A stretch of 63,769 nucleotides of DNA, counting the filler, from Globobulimina sp. (taxonomy: Eukaryota), in assembly GCA_003354225.1 (NCBI GenBank). It is 32 parts of 32 records of this genome, joined end to end, with 100 filler letters (N's around TTAATTAATTAA, not from the genome) between each part and the next. Parts side by side here need not be neighbours in the genome. Positions count along the whole stretch, not along the records: positions 9,986 to 11,882 come from PIVH01010798.1; positions 11,983 to 13,879 come from PIVH01010799.1; positions 13,980 to 15,876 come from PIVH01010800.1; positions 15,977 to 17,873 come from PIVH01010801.1; positions 17,974 to 19,870 come from PIVH01010802.1; positions 19,971 to 21,867 come from PIVH01010803.1; positions 21,968 to 23,864 come from PIVH01010804.1; 25 more parts are not named here. One strand, given 5' to 3'. The notes under the pieces are model-generated. The model was given only the letters and a program-made list of their open reading frames with translations. It ran no database searches and was not told the DNA's origin. Numbering within the stretch: the stretch's first letter is position 1; each line of letters starts with the position of its first letter. Position numbers and translations under genes: made by a program. This document shows, piece after piece, positions 11,269 through 22,818 of the stretch.

Positions 11269-11982
11269 GTTTTCAATAAATTTATGATGTGAATGTTGGT
11301 TTTTCTGCTGTCGAATAAAAACAGAGTGGTGTAAAATAATATATTGGCGTTTCTATGCAGAATTTCTGGAAATAACTGATAAAATTAAGAGAAGAAAATT
11401 AAATTTAATAATTAATATTAACATTATTGTAAATGATAAAAAAAGGTAACAAAAAAAAAACAAAATTCGTTTACTCAAAAGGTATACAAAACTGTTTGAA
11501 TAATTAAACATGTATAACATACAGAATACTGTACTGGTTTAAGTAAATAAATAAACAAAGGAACACACCACAGAATAGACCAATACACAAATAAGGAATG
11601 GAATGTTTAAACAAAAAAGGACACTCACAAACACGTTGGATATTAATTTTACAACAAAACAAACAAATATTATCATTAAAAATATCTGCAAATTATCCGA
11701 TGCGAACATAGATTCATCAGATTTCTTATGTTCATCATATTCATCTTACTCATCGCCCCCCAACTCTCCTTTATACACTCGCTTTAACCGCGACCAATCT
11801 GTTCTGTTTGCGACCGGAAATCCGGTAAATTGAAAGGCCTTTATCTCCCCCATTACCATATCGCCTTTGCTGGTCTTAGCCGNNNNNNNNNNNNNNNNNN
11901 NNNNNNNNNNNNNNNNNNNNNNNNNNTTAATTAATTAANNNNNNNNNNNNNNNNNNNNNNNNNNNNNNNNNNNNNNNNNNNN

Positions 11983-12942
11983 TAACTTAAAAATTATTTG
12001 AATATCATTTCAGTTCCGCATTATTGTCCATTTCGTCGCGGATTACAGCAAAATACGGAAATGCTTCTATAATTTTGTCATTAGCAGTTATTTTGTTTGA
12101 TGTGTTATGGATATTTTTATGGGTTTCCGCTTTCTCTGTTTATCTGTTGGTGGAATCAGATCCGTCCAGTTTTGTCATATTTTTATTCGTATTTAGTTTA
12201 TATTGGACATTCCAAGTAAATCAAAGTATGTTTCATACCATTTCGCGATGTAAAATTGTCATATATATACACAGATATTTCGCATACCACAACATGTGGT
12301 GTCGCAGCAACGTGGTACTTTACAACGGATATTGAATTAAATGAATTCAATCCAACATGGCCTGCTTTTAAAAGAACAATGACAACATCTTTTGGTTCAG
12401 TATGCTTTGGCAGTTTAATTGTTGCTTTCTTGCAAGCATTAAGGTAATAATACACATAGCATTACGTATTAAATTCCATTGGGTTACCCGCTGTGCAGTG
12501 CATATGTTGTGTTATTACCTTAAGAGCAATGATTCGAACCTCTCAGAATAGAGGGCATGAATTACTACAATGTGTTTGTTTATGTTTATTAAATTGCATT
12601 GAATCCATTGTTCGATGGTTTAATAAATATGCATTCGCACATGTTGCTATTTATGGTACATCGTACGTGAATTCTGCGAAGAATACATGGAATCTGTTCC
12701 AATCGCAAGGTATTCTCGCATTAATTAATGATGATTTAACCGAGTTGGCCGTAGTTGGAGGTGCGTTAATTGCCGCCTGTTTATGCTCATGGATTGGATA
12801 TTTCATTGGATTGGTATTTTCCGGTGAGGCTGCGGTTGGTTTAGCGATTTATGGCTTTTTTATTGGATTCATATTATGTTTTACTGTGTTGTATACGGTG
12901 CATTCTGCAATTATTTGTTTATTTGTTTGTTATGCGGAAGAA
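11983..12942 (+). CDS. Choline transporter-like (CTL/SLC44, PNS1-like) protein, partial; introns 12226-12274 and 12444-12524
   Basis: YWTFQV, HTTTCGVAATWYF, TTSFGSVCFGSLIVA, WFNKYAFAHVAIYG, ALINDDL, LFVCYAE; both introns restore the frame. Confidence 0.88.
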
Positions 12943-13080
12943 CAAATGCAAAACCTGGTTTTGCTTCAATTAATCAAAATGAAAGTCAACAAAATCAATC
13001 TTTTCAACAAAATTTATAAAGTCAATCCATCTTCCCATAAGTATTTGTTTTTCATTAAAATAGTAACACTTACCTTAGCA

Positions 13081-13281
13081 ATGGTGTCTTTCGACCATTA
13101 TCTTGTATTTGCAGCAATGTCGTTAATATATGCTGCATTTGTAGGATTTCTGATTTATTTTTGCTGCTTCGTGCCAACAATTACCAAGAAAAATCAAAAT
13201 GGAGCAAAATCAAACCAAGACAAGCCAACACAGAGGAAACAGTCACCAAACAAACGCAAGAACCCACCCAAAAAACAATGA
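13081..13281 (+). CDS. Small single-TM protein with basic tail (possibly a separate gene)
   Basis: MVSFDHYLVFAAMSLIYAAFVGFLIYFCCF followed by a Lys/Gln/Pro-rich tail; in frame with, but unlike, a CTL C-terminus. Confidence 0.35.
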   Translation: MVSFDHYLVFAAMSLIYAAFVGFLIYFCCFVPTITKKNQNGAKSNQDKPTQRKQSPNKRKNPPKKQ

Positions 13282-13710
13282 TACGCAATTTGTAAAATTA
13301 AAATTCCAATGAAAGTATTTATGATTTGTACGATTAATACTATTTTGTTATTTTATGTGACAGCAATATTACAGTTATCAATAAAAAATTACCCATTGAT
13401 CTGACATGACGTTATAAGCAAATTTGAAACCTATGTCTCCGAGAAACGACAAATATTATTCATCATTTTGTTTAGTCAGGCCATAGACAACAAAGTTTAC
13501 ACTAAAAAAAAAATACAGTCTTCGTTGGTTCGGACTTTTTTATCCTATGCAAACCAAAACATTTCTCCAAGCTGTTTTTAACATTGATGTGCAAGGATCT
13601 GTCGCCGTTACTAACTCAGATGAAAAGAGCTTGCATGAAAAGTATGAGCAAAGTTCGAACTTCAATGTTGAATAAATCTACATTAAATAATTAAATTACT
13701 GTAATTCGTA

Positions 13711-13879
13711 TCACTGTTTTTTCTTTTTCTCTTTTCTAAATTTGCTTGGGTCCGCATTCAACCACAACGACAACATAACCATCGGTACGGCCACGTACAT
13801 TGCTTTGCTCATTGGCGTCGAATATAAAATATATCGAAATATCCCACTTAGCAAAATACCAACAATCAACGCATAACTT
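13711..13879 (-). CDS. C-terminal fragment of a membrane protein ending in a di-lysine ER-retrieval-like motif
   Basis: Manual translation SYALIVGILLSGIFRYILYSTPMSKAMYVAVPMVMLSLWLNADPSKFRKEKKKKQ*. Confidence 0.45.
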
Positions 13880-13979
13880 NNNNNNNNNNNNNNNNNNNNN
13901 NNNNNNNNNNNNNNNNNNNNNNNTTAATTAATTAANNNNNNNNNNNNNNNNNNNNNNNNNNNNNNNNNNNNNNNNNNNN

Positions 13980-14723
13980 GGAAACGGCATTTATCTGCAT
14001 CCCGTGTTATGCAGTAAATTTATTTACATTTTAGCAGTGCGACAGCCAACAGAAAGAATACTATCTGCCACGCAAATGATGCATGGGATGTTTTCAAAAG
14101 AATTAAATAAATATACACCGTTTGCGCACCTACAAAAAGTGAAGAATGTCATTGTTAATATGCAGCGATGGAAAGAATCATTTCGAGATAAAAATGTTTA
14201 TGACAAACTGTTGAATGCAGACTATGCGAAATGGGAACGGTTCAATTCAATGTATAAAGATATATTAATGGCATTTACAAGCAATTCATTGTTGCGATAT
14301 ATTGGATTTGAAAAGAAATTAAAGAATCGATATACTAAGAACATAGGAAATAGGAAAAAATCATCATACCATGCAATAGCTGCGAGTGTTAATGCTGTAA
14401 ATAACAAAACAAATGATATTCACTTTTACAATGCAATTAAATATATGATGCAAATCGATTATGTGCTGCCATTTTCTTCATTAAATAATTCTTTGTCGAC
14501 TTCAAATCTCAAAATATGGAATGTTTTATTGAATGATATTTGTAATCATTTTGATAAGCTCAATACGACATTTATACAATGGACACATAAAGGGAATAGA
14601 ACAGGAGACAGAAAAGATGTCATTTCATATTTATCTGAAAAGGATATTTATGCGTTAAAACAATACAACTATTATGATTACAAACTGTTTCTACTCTCGC
14701 AATGGATTGCAAAAACACAATAA
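13980..14723 (+). CDS. Golgi-type sulfotransferase (Sulfotransfer_2/Gal3ST-like), 5'-partial
   Basis: FIYILAVRQPTERILSA (3'-phosphate-binding RxPxxRxxS) and C-terminal NxxDxxL (YNYYDYKLF). Confidence 0.65.
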   Translation, partial: GNGIYLHPVLCSKFIYILAVRQPTERILSATQMMHGMFSKELNKYTPFAHLQKVKNVIVNMQRWKESFRDKNVYDKLLNADYAKWERFNSMYKDILMAFTSNSLLRYIGFEKKLKNRYTKNIGNRKKSSYHAIAASVNAVNNKTNDIHFYNAIKYMMQIDYVLPFSSLNNSLSTSNLKIWNVLLNDICNHFDKLNTTFIQWTHKGNRTGDRKDVISYLSEKDIYALKQYNYYDYKLFLLSQWIAKTQ

Positions 14724-14823
14724 AAACACAATTATTCGTTTTTTATTTTTTATTTTTAATTTTAAGTCAACTCATCATAAAAAAAAAAAAACAGTTTGCC
14801 TTATATCATCCAGCGAATAAGCA

Positions 14824-15804
14824 ATGAAACACATCTTTCGCCGGAATACCTCGCCGGTGGGCATGCAAGACACAGCCATAGGGTTTGGCATCCCCAACAA
14901 AGTAGAAAGACTGAAAAAAGGGCCAGGATACAAATTTCGCGAACGTGATCGCGTCAAAGTGATTGCGCCCAAAAAATTTGCGCAGAGAACAGGTTACATT
15001 GTGGAATCGCACCATGTCCAAAACGAGCACGGTTTGATGGAAATTGAGCTCGATTATGAATTGCCTGAAACCGTAGCGGATGCGTCCAATAATTACGTCA
15101 AACTGATGAATGACCGCAGTGATGAGCCTGTGACCAAAAATGGCGAGGAAGCACCACCGCCGCCTCCAAGCACTGAGCCTCCGCCATTCCGAACGCGTTT
15201 AACCATTAAAAACCCGGACAAACAACTGATACCTTACAAGTATATGAACTGCCAATACCAACATTATGTGACCTCAATTCGCGCCGAATCACTGTTGCAA
15301 ATCAGTGTGATTGCCACCACCTTGTTGGGCTTTGATATTTTAATGCTTATAATCGTGTGTTGTATGGATTGGAACCATAAGGAATTATTTGTGGCGTTCA
15401 TGCTGTCGTGTTGCGGCAGTATCGGTTTTGGATTTTATTGTGTGTTAATCACTGCATTTATTGGCTTTAATTTGAAGAAAGTCTCTGTAAAGAACAGGTT
15501 GCCGCAACTTGGTGGCGTTCATGATGAGTGCACAAGTTATCATTGGCTCAAATCCACACATTGGAAGCCATGGTGGTTGGCGTTGTCGTGGTGTCGCAGT
15601 GAGCTGTCAGTGATCGAATGGTGCATTAAACAGACGGGCAAAGTGATGCTTGTCTTTGTTTTGTTGTTTATGCTTTCCATTGTTTTGTATATTGCGGATC
15701 ACTCAGAATGGTACATTATGCTCGTTTGTATGCTGTTGATTACAATTCCTTCCTTGTTTGCATTGCATCTCATTAAAAATCGAGAAATGATGCAATTTGT
15801 TTAA
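14824..15804 (+). CDS. Hypothetical protein: soluble N-terminus, proline stretch, four C-terminal TM helices
   Basis: Intronless 326-aa ORF with ATG and stop; hydrophobic segments in the C-terminal half. Confidence 0.6.
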   Translation: MKHIFRRNTSPVGMQDTAIGFGIPNKVERLKKGPGYKFRERDRVKVIAPKKFAQRTGYIVESHHVQNEHGLMEIELDYELPETVADASNNYVKLMNDRSDEPVTKNGEEAPPPPPSTEPPPFRTRLTIKNPDKQLIPYKYMNCQYQHYVTSIRAESLLQISVIATTLLGFDILMLIIVCCMDWNHKELFVAFMLSCCGSIGFGFYCVLITAFIGFNLKKVSVKNRLPQLGGVHDECTSYHWLKSTHWKPWWLALSWCRSELSVIEWCIKQTGKVMLVFVLLFMLSIVLYIADHSEWYIMLVCMLLITIPSLFALHLIKNREMMQFV

Positions 15805-16022
15805 TTGATCCAAGTTTTTTCTCTAAATTTTCTTTTTTTTTTCTTCTTTTTCATACTTTTTTTATTTATTTTTAATNNNNNNNNNNNNNNNNNNNNNNNN
15901 NNNNNNNNNNNNNNNNNNNNTTAATTAATTAANNNNNNNNNNNNNNNNNNNNNNNNNNNNNNNNNNNNNNNNNNNNGTTTGATTCACCAATATCCAACGA
16001 TTCGAATATCACGAGAGTTATC

Positions 16023-16198
16023 GGAAGGAAAATAGGTTAATAATAAAATGTTAATGGTTCCCGACGAAACACAACCTTTAACAAATTCAATTTTGACTTT
16101 CAATGTAAAAAACTGTAAAAAACTGTAAATTCAAAGAGTTTACAGTAAAAAACAGTAATTTCAAACTGAAAAGCAAAAAATTAACCTATTTTCCTTCC
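16023..16198. mobile_element. 176-bp MITE with perfect 19-bp TIRs and 8-bp target-site duplication
   Basis: TIR GGAAGGAAAATAGGTTAAT (16023-16041) / ATTAACCTATTTTCCTTCC (16180-16198); GAGTTATC at 16015-16022 and 16199-16206. Confidence 0.85.
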
Positions 16199-16469
16199 GA
16201 GTTATCAGATTATACTGAAATACAAAGATCGCAAAACAAAAAAAAACTTTGCTAGTTGCACTGTTGGCAAAGCGTAGAAACTAAATTTGGTGGTTCTAAT
16301 TGCTAAACCTATGAAAAAAAGAAGGTATTATCACTATTGAAACTTCAATATTGTATACATTATTCAGTATCGACATCTATTTATATATTGCAATTGATAC
16401 TGAATAACATTTGATAGCATCCAGACTAATAAACTAATTATTGAGGGCTGTATGCCACAATATTCGAAT

Positions 16470-17510
16470 TCATAAATCATAGCTATAGTTTGTGAGATTG
16501 TAGTACTTGTATTTTATATACATTTTCCAAAAACTGAACACAATTATTCCAGCAACAAATCCACCGACATGTGATACATGAGCTATGTTATCAGGCGACG
16601 ACACAATTAAATGATCCATTTTTGATCTATGGAATTTATCATAAAACAAATATTCCAAATCAGTTTCTATTCTTTTTATTCCCCAATACAATGACATCAA
16701 ATCAAACAAAGTATATAATGTCTCATTTTGTGTAATCGATATTGTATTATCTCCGTTGACATATTTTTGCCAAAATTTAAACAATCTGTGTTTTGATTTG
16801 TCGATTGTCAGAGCAAAATCAAATGCATATAAGCCATAAACAGACGAGGAACAACCAACCATTCCATGCGATTCATTTATAATATCAAAGGAGGTATCAA
16901 TCATTTTATTGCCATAATGCTCAACTATGTCATTCCATACATTCCAACTTTCTTTGCTTGTTTTTCGTTTATCTAATCTTGACTGTTTATGATGATATTT
17001 ATATTCAATCAATGATGCCAAACCACCAAATATTGAGCCACATAATCCTGTCAACCAAAATACAATGCCTCCTTTTTTTATTTGTAGTTTTTTGATATAT
17101 AAATGTAATTTAAATATTAGAAATTGTATGAAATTTCAAATTTAATTAACCTGTGTGTTTAATGATATGTGTTCCACACAACATAATCGATATAAAATTA
17201 TTATAAAAATGATTCATATCATAATGAACGAGCGAATATGTGATTAATGTATGATATCTCTTTTCATTCCAATTTTTCATCGAAAATGTAAAGTGTTTTT
17301 CCAAATTGTTTTGTGTTATTTGCCAGGGGTAAATGTAAAATCCTGTTTTATGTTGTTTCTATTTACTTGTTCTGTTATTGCTTCATAAAGATGGTTACGT
17401 ACATATTATTACAATACCTCACTTAAAATGAATGGAAATTGAGCGCACCATAAAGCAATAAGATGTGGTGTCGACGCTGGTAAATACAACGCTAAATTGT
17501 TGAGGTTCAT
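16470..17510 (-). CDS. Rhomboid-family intramembrane serine protease (PARL-like), two introns
   Basis: Spliced product contains RYHTLITYSLVHYDMNHFYNN (H...H...N loop), GMVGCSS (catalytic Ser, GxSG variant) and AHVSHVGGFVAG (catalytic His); introns about 17071-17151 and 17360-17417. Confidence 0.8.
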
Positions 17511-17566
17511 TGTTAAAATTTTGAAGATGATTGGAAATTTTACTCTCAGGTAAATTAAGTGGAACC

Positions 17567-17873
17567 ATGGCAACAAAATTGTCAACGTTGTCGTTAAATA
17601 CAGATAATGCATCCAAAATATCTCAAAACACAAAAAAACATCACTCCTTTAAAGTGTTATTAATCGGTGAGAAAAAAACTGGTAAAACAGCAATGGTTCG
17701 TCGTTTTGTAAAAAATGAATTTATTTCCTCATATAAAATGACAGTGGGTGCCATGCAAAGTACTTTTGAATGTGAAGTACCAATTGATTTAATAGAAGAA
17801 GTACCTGAGGATAAGAATTTAATACGCTCTATGACCTCCTTTTTACGACAAGTCAATGAAAATGAACAAGCTC
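17567..17873 (+). CDS. Rab-like small GTPase, 3'-partial
   Basis: FKVLLIGEKKTGKTAMVRRFVKNEF..SYKMTVG: P-loop and switch I. Confidence 0.75.
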
Positions 17874-17973
17874 NNNNNNNNNNNNNNNNNNNNNNNNNNN
17901 NNNNNNNNNNNNNNNNNTTAATTAATTAANNNNNNNNNNNNNNNNNNNNNNNNNNNNNNNNNNNNNNNNNNNN

Positions 17974-19308
17974 GCAATTTTGAAGGTTTGGGATTAAGCA
18001 CTGCAGCGGAGACATATCTTGATGGTGATGGCAGTGCACATCCTTATTGGTACCAGTCCGTGGGTTCAAATGTCGAATGGAGCACTGGTATTCCTGCGTT
18101 TAATGAAAAAATCGCATATTCCGAATCATTATATATTTTAAACCCTGTAATACATACATTGGATCCTACCCGTACACCAACAATGGAGCCAACAACTGAG
18201 CCAACTCGAGCTCCCTCAACAACAACACCACCCACATTGGCACCAAGTTATAATCCAACACTCAGTCCGAGTGTTGGACCAAGTGTTGTTCCAACTGTTG
18301 TACCAAGTGCTGGACCAAGTGTTGTACCCAGTGTTGTACCGAGTGTTGGACCAACACCGAGTCCCACATCACAGAGTATCAGTGTTGGAGGGGAGCCTAC
18401 GAGTTCACCAATAAAAACACAAACAGTGGAAACAAGTTAGGTGTGAGATTATTATAATTCTAACTTTTGATCATTTAACGAAAAACATAGAACAATTCAA
18501 CATGTTTTAGTTTCTTGAAACGTTTCTAAAAAAAGTCTTAGAATTCTGGACCTTTGATTATTTAAAAAAGCGTTAGTGAATTAATCATCTTTTAATACAT
18601 ATAATAAAATATATGCATATATGTGTGTATATAGCTGCGACGTCTGTTGTTGACGATGCTGACGAAGGGATAGACAGAAAACAGAATGCTTCAGGTGGTA
18701 TTTTTGGTTATTCGATTGCAATTTTGATTTTGATTTTAGCGTTAATTTGGATAGTGTTGTTGTGTTGTTGTGGGTGTTTATTGTTTTTTAGAATGAGAAT
18801 ACATAAACGAAGGACATCTGACTTTATGGTTAATGGTATAAATTTATCTGATGTTGGCATAGTAAGTGGAACAGGAACAGGAGCGGAAGCAATGAATGCA
18901 AAAACCGTGGAAATGGAACCGAATGGTTATGGCCAAGATGACCGAACAAGAGTTCATTCAACCTCTACAATATCAGACAGTGCACCTGCATCTATTACAG
19001 CTACGCCGTATCAAATACCAATGCAAACACCAGTTGCTACATTAACCGGAGGTGGAGCGGTCACATTGATGAATACTAATAATGCTCCACAACAGAGCAT
19101 AGGAATAGGAATGGCGGTGGTGACCCCAGATAATAATAATAAAGCAAATGTTGAAAATAATGAAGCTGGTGAATATTCTTCCGAGGATGAGGAAGATGAT
19201 TCAAATGAACTGTATGCGGACCCAGATGATGACAATAACCAGCAACGCTATGATAACATATTCCAAACCGCTGGTGGTCCACATACCGCTGGACAACAAT
19301 CAATATAA
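17974..19308 (+). CDS. Type I cell-surface protein with PT/PS mucin-like stalk, TM and acidic tail; intron 18436-18634; 5'-partial
   Basis: Extracellular segment YLDG..W..VG..W..GIP, PT/PSV repeats, 28-aa hydrophobic helix; intron restores the frame. Confidence 0.7.
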
Positions 19309-19970
19309 CCTAAGATATACAGTATACGTACTGTAAAAAGTAAAATTGTGTTATTTTTTCATATACTGTAATTAATTGTGACAATGTGCAAAAATAAAGC
19401 TAGATATCAATGTGTATATAAATGTGTGTGTGGCAAATTAATTCCTTTTTGCGTTTCCTGCTAGATTTGGTACGTACAAAGTTGCATTGATTGCATATTC
19501 ATTAATGAAAGTTTTCAAAAGATTTGTATCTAACAACTTTTCATCTAAGACATACTAGCTACGATCTTAGATCGAGGCAATGGATGCCTCTCAATCATTC
19601 GGTCTTGTTCCGATTCAGTTACCACCACCATTATGGAAAAGAAATGAAATTGCCACAGTGACAAAACGTATTGCAGACAAAATAAGTTAACGCAAAAACA
19701 AATCCTAACACAAAAACACTATATTTATAGGTATGTGGTGACATTTTAATTGAAATTATGTTAATACGTAGGAACAACTGATGTTAAATATTGCCAATCC
19801 TTCAATGAATCGAACCAAACGTATAACAATAATACAATGCGTATAATATCAGAGCCGCGCTTAAAACGCTNNNNNNNNNNNNNNNNNNNNNNNNNNNNNN
19901 NNNNNNNNNNNNNNTTAATTAATTAANNNNNNNNNNNNNNNNNNNNNNNNNNNNNNNNNNNNNNNNNNNN

Positions 19971-21854
19971 AAATACATATTAATTCAACATTTATTCTCT
20001 GTGATTATATATTGTAATTTTAATCAATTACAACAGGAATTTACTAAAACATATCGGAAGAACAACGGTGCAGAAACATTGCAAAATTTACTACTGCGAC
20101 ATTCAAACTTTTATCATTTAGGAAAATATTTAAAAGAGGCAACAATGCAGTATGGCACAAACATATTTAATGGAAATGTGAAAGTCTTTTTTCATGGAAT
20201 AAATGAAGAAATGCTGTTTCCTCAATTATTGACTATTAATGGTGTTAAAATATACGGTCCGTTATCAACGACATCGTCCTTCCAAGTCGCGAGTAATTTT
20301 GCGGGGACAAATAATGGATTAATTGTAGAATTTGCGGATGGCAGCAACGGAAATAGACAATTTCCTGTAAAATATTTTTCCTGTCAATGGCTATCAGATT
20401 TTGCGAACGAAAGTGAATTTTTATTCATTCATTTAAAATATGGTGGGTTAAAATTTGCAAATATTACACATACTTTGTATGCGATTGATTTTAAAATTAT
20501 TTTAGATGCGTTGAAAATTATCGATTGCATGTTTAATAATAATAGAGTCATTGAACATGATTTAATATTTATCGTTAAATTGGTACACAATCAGTTATCA
20601 TTTCATATTGGAGATTATCAAAAAGTTAAATCATTGCATTATTACGCACAAAAGTTAATTGATATATATTTTAAAAATAAAAGAAATATAATAATAGATT
20701 GGTATTATTACAATAAATACGAATGGATGAAAATTAAATTTTTAGTGGCTTTGTTTGCCAATCTTGAAAGTGTGACTATTGTGTTTGGTGCAGAAACTAT
20801 TTGTAATTCTATCTATGAGATACAAAGCGATTTTATACAATATGTTCGTGGAACGGATTGTAAACAAATAACGTTAACAATTAAAGATTCGAACTGCAGT
20901 TTTGAGATTGTGTCCATTTACAAAGAGAAAGATAAAGAAATAGAATATGTTATGGATAAGGAAACATTTGATTGCATGTTTAAAATATTAAAATATTTTA
21001 TGAATTTTGATTGTGATCCTCTTACTTTTAGCAGTAAAAGAATATATTTAAGTGAATATATTTCAAATTATTTGTCAATATTAATTAATAAGAAATTATA
21101 CAGTATAATAATTAACAAATATGACATAAATTATAAAGAATGTAACAAATTATTTGAAAAATATATCCATACAACATTGCAATTAAAAATAAATTGGAAT
21201 AATATCATAGCAAAAGAATTTAAGTTATTGTTTGATATATTTTGTTATACAAATTATGAATGGATTGATATTGATTTATTAAATAAATTGTTTCCGAATC
21301 TGAACACCATAATTATTAAAAATATCAATTTAACGCCTAATGTTTTTGAAAATATATTAATGTATTTGCAAAATACAAAGCAATCAAAATTGAAACTGAT
21401 ATCAATTATAATCACCAAACAAAATAATATTTCTCGCGTAACAAATGTAATAAACAAATACAAGCAGACATTTGCCGATTTAAAGTGTTTAATTAATCAA
21501 ACAAACAATTTTATCAATATAGAAATTGCAGAAAAAAATATAAAACAAAATATCAATAAATATGTAAACAGATTCGGATCGCAATTAAATGGCAAAAATA
21601 TGAAAGATCTGAATATTGAATTTGGCTCAATAATAAAATCAAAGCGTTCCACGCAATCTACAAACATTACCCATACAATAGCCACCTATGCTGATATCGC
21701 ACCAATAGCAACACCGACGACCTTATCCCAAACACAAACACAAACTACACATCAATTTGCACAATTTAGTCCTGTTAATTTATACGATGACACACTGATA
21801 TTATTTAACAATCAAAATACCCCAAATCTATCAGATTTTGATTCTGATACATAG
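19971..21854 (+). CDS. ADP-ribosyltransferase-like (R-S-E fold, His variant) domain protein, 5'-partial
   Basis: IIYCNF..LQ helical lead-in, FFHGI, GPLSTTSSFQVASNFA, GLIVEF, WLSDFANESEFLF. Confidence 0.65.
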   Translation, partial: KYILIQHLFSVIIYCNFNQLQQEFTKTYRKNNGAETLQNLLLRHSNFYHLGKYLKEATMQYGTNIFNGNVKVFFHGINEEMLFPQLLTINGVKIYGPLSTTSSFQVASNFAGTNNGLIVEFADGSNGNRQFPVKYFSCQWLSDFANESEFLFIHLKYGGLKFANITHTLYAIDFKIILDALKIIDCMFNNNRVIEHDLIFIVKLVHNQLSFHIGDYQKVKSLHYYAQKLIDIYFKNKRNIIIDWYYYNKYEWMKIKFLVALFANLESVTIVFGAETICNSIYEIQSDFIQYVRGTDCKQITLTIKDSNCSFEIVSIYKEKDKEIEYVMDKETFDCMFKILKYFMNFDCDPLTFSSKRIYLSEYISNYLSILINKKLYSIIINKYDINYKECNKLFEKYIHTTLQLKINWNNIIAKEFKLLFDIFCYTNYEWIDIDLLNKLFPNLNTIIIKNINLTPNVFENILMYLQNTKQSKLKLISIIITKQNNISRVTNVINKYKQTFADLKCLINQTNNFINIEIAEKNIKQNINKYVNRFGSQLNGKNMKDLNIEFGSIIKSKRSTQSTNITHTIATYADIAPIATPTTLSQTQTQTTHQFAQFSPVNLYDDTLILFNNQNTPNLSDFDSDT

Positions 21855-22818
21855 CCAACTATACCATNNNNNNNNNNNNNNNNNNNNNNNNNNNNNNNNN
21901 NNNNNNNNNNNTTAATTAATTAANNNNNNNNNNNNNNNNNNNNNNNNNNNNNNNNNNNNNNNNNNNNATGGATAACAAACAATTTGATGAAATAACGTCA
22001 AGTGTAGCCTCATCGAATATGTTTAATACAAATGAGATCAACAAAGTAAAATTACAAATTGCGGATCATTTAAATACAGCTAATATGGAGTCTCAACAGT
22101 TACAGTGATATGTTTTTAATTTTTTTATATATAAATGTTTTAAATATTTTATGACAGATTAATTTCAAACAAGAAGCAAAATGAAAATTTAGAAAAGAAT
22201 GGATCAAATGTATCTGTTTCAAATGCAGCCGCACCGTCGTCAATAATCCCAGTTTGTTTGTCGTGTCAGAGGTGTTCTAGAACAATTATGCTATGTCAAC
22301 AAATTTCAAGATGACAAGATCGATGACTTGATTTTTTTTTAATATATTTATTGTGTGTTGAATGTGGATCATTCAAATTTAATTTAATTTAATTCTATAT
22401 TTGATAGGTTATTTAATTTAAATTCATTCAAATACTAATTGGTTGTATGATTTGTGTAAAAATTGGCTTGCTTTGGGAAATCCATTAGCAATAAATATTA
22501 AATTTGTTAGTTCGACAACAATACGATTAACTAAACGATATATCCAAAAGAGAAGCCCCTAATCGGTCTATAAGTTGTATACATTCAAACATACTACCAT
22601 GGGTAGCAAAGTCAGAACAAATTTATAATTGAATGGAATGTAACAAGGGGGTTATCTAATGGAACATGCACGTACTGGTAATGAAAAACTGCATGAAACT
22701 ACAGTTTGGGGAACTACAGGCAGGTGTTAGACAGACGTTAATTATGCAATTATCAATCAGAAAAACAGACAAAAAAAGAAGAAATGGAACACTAAAAACA
22801 ATCTTTATTATATATATG

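Noticed and set aside
11680-11882. Minus-strand frame with two in-frame TAA codons, suggesting a ciliate-type genetic code
   Set aside because: No recognisable homology; other genes terminate at TAA/TAG and translate in the standard code
19548-19572. Minus-strand resemblance to U2 snRNA (CTAAGATC...TAGTAT)
   Set aside because: Branch-pairing GTGTAGTA, stem I and Sm site are not present
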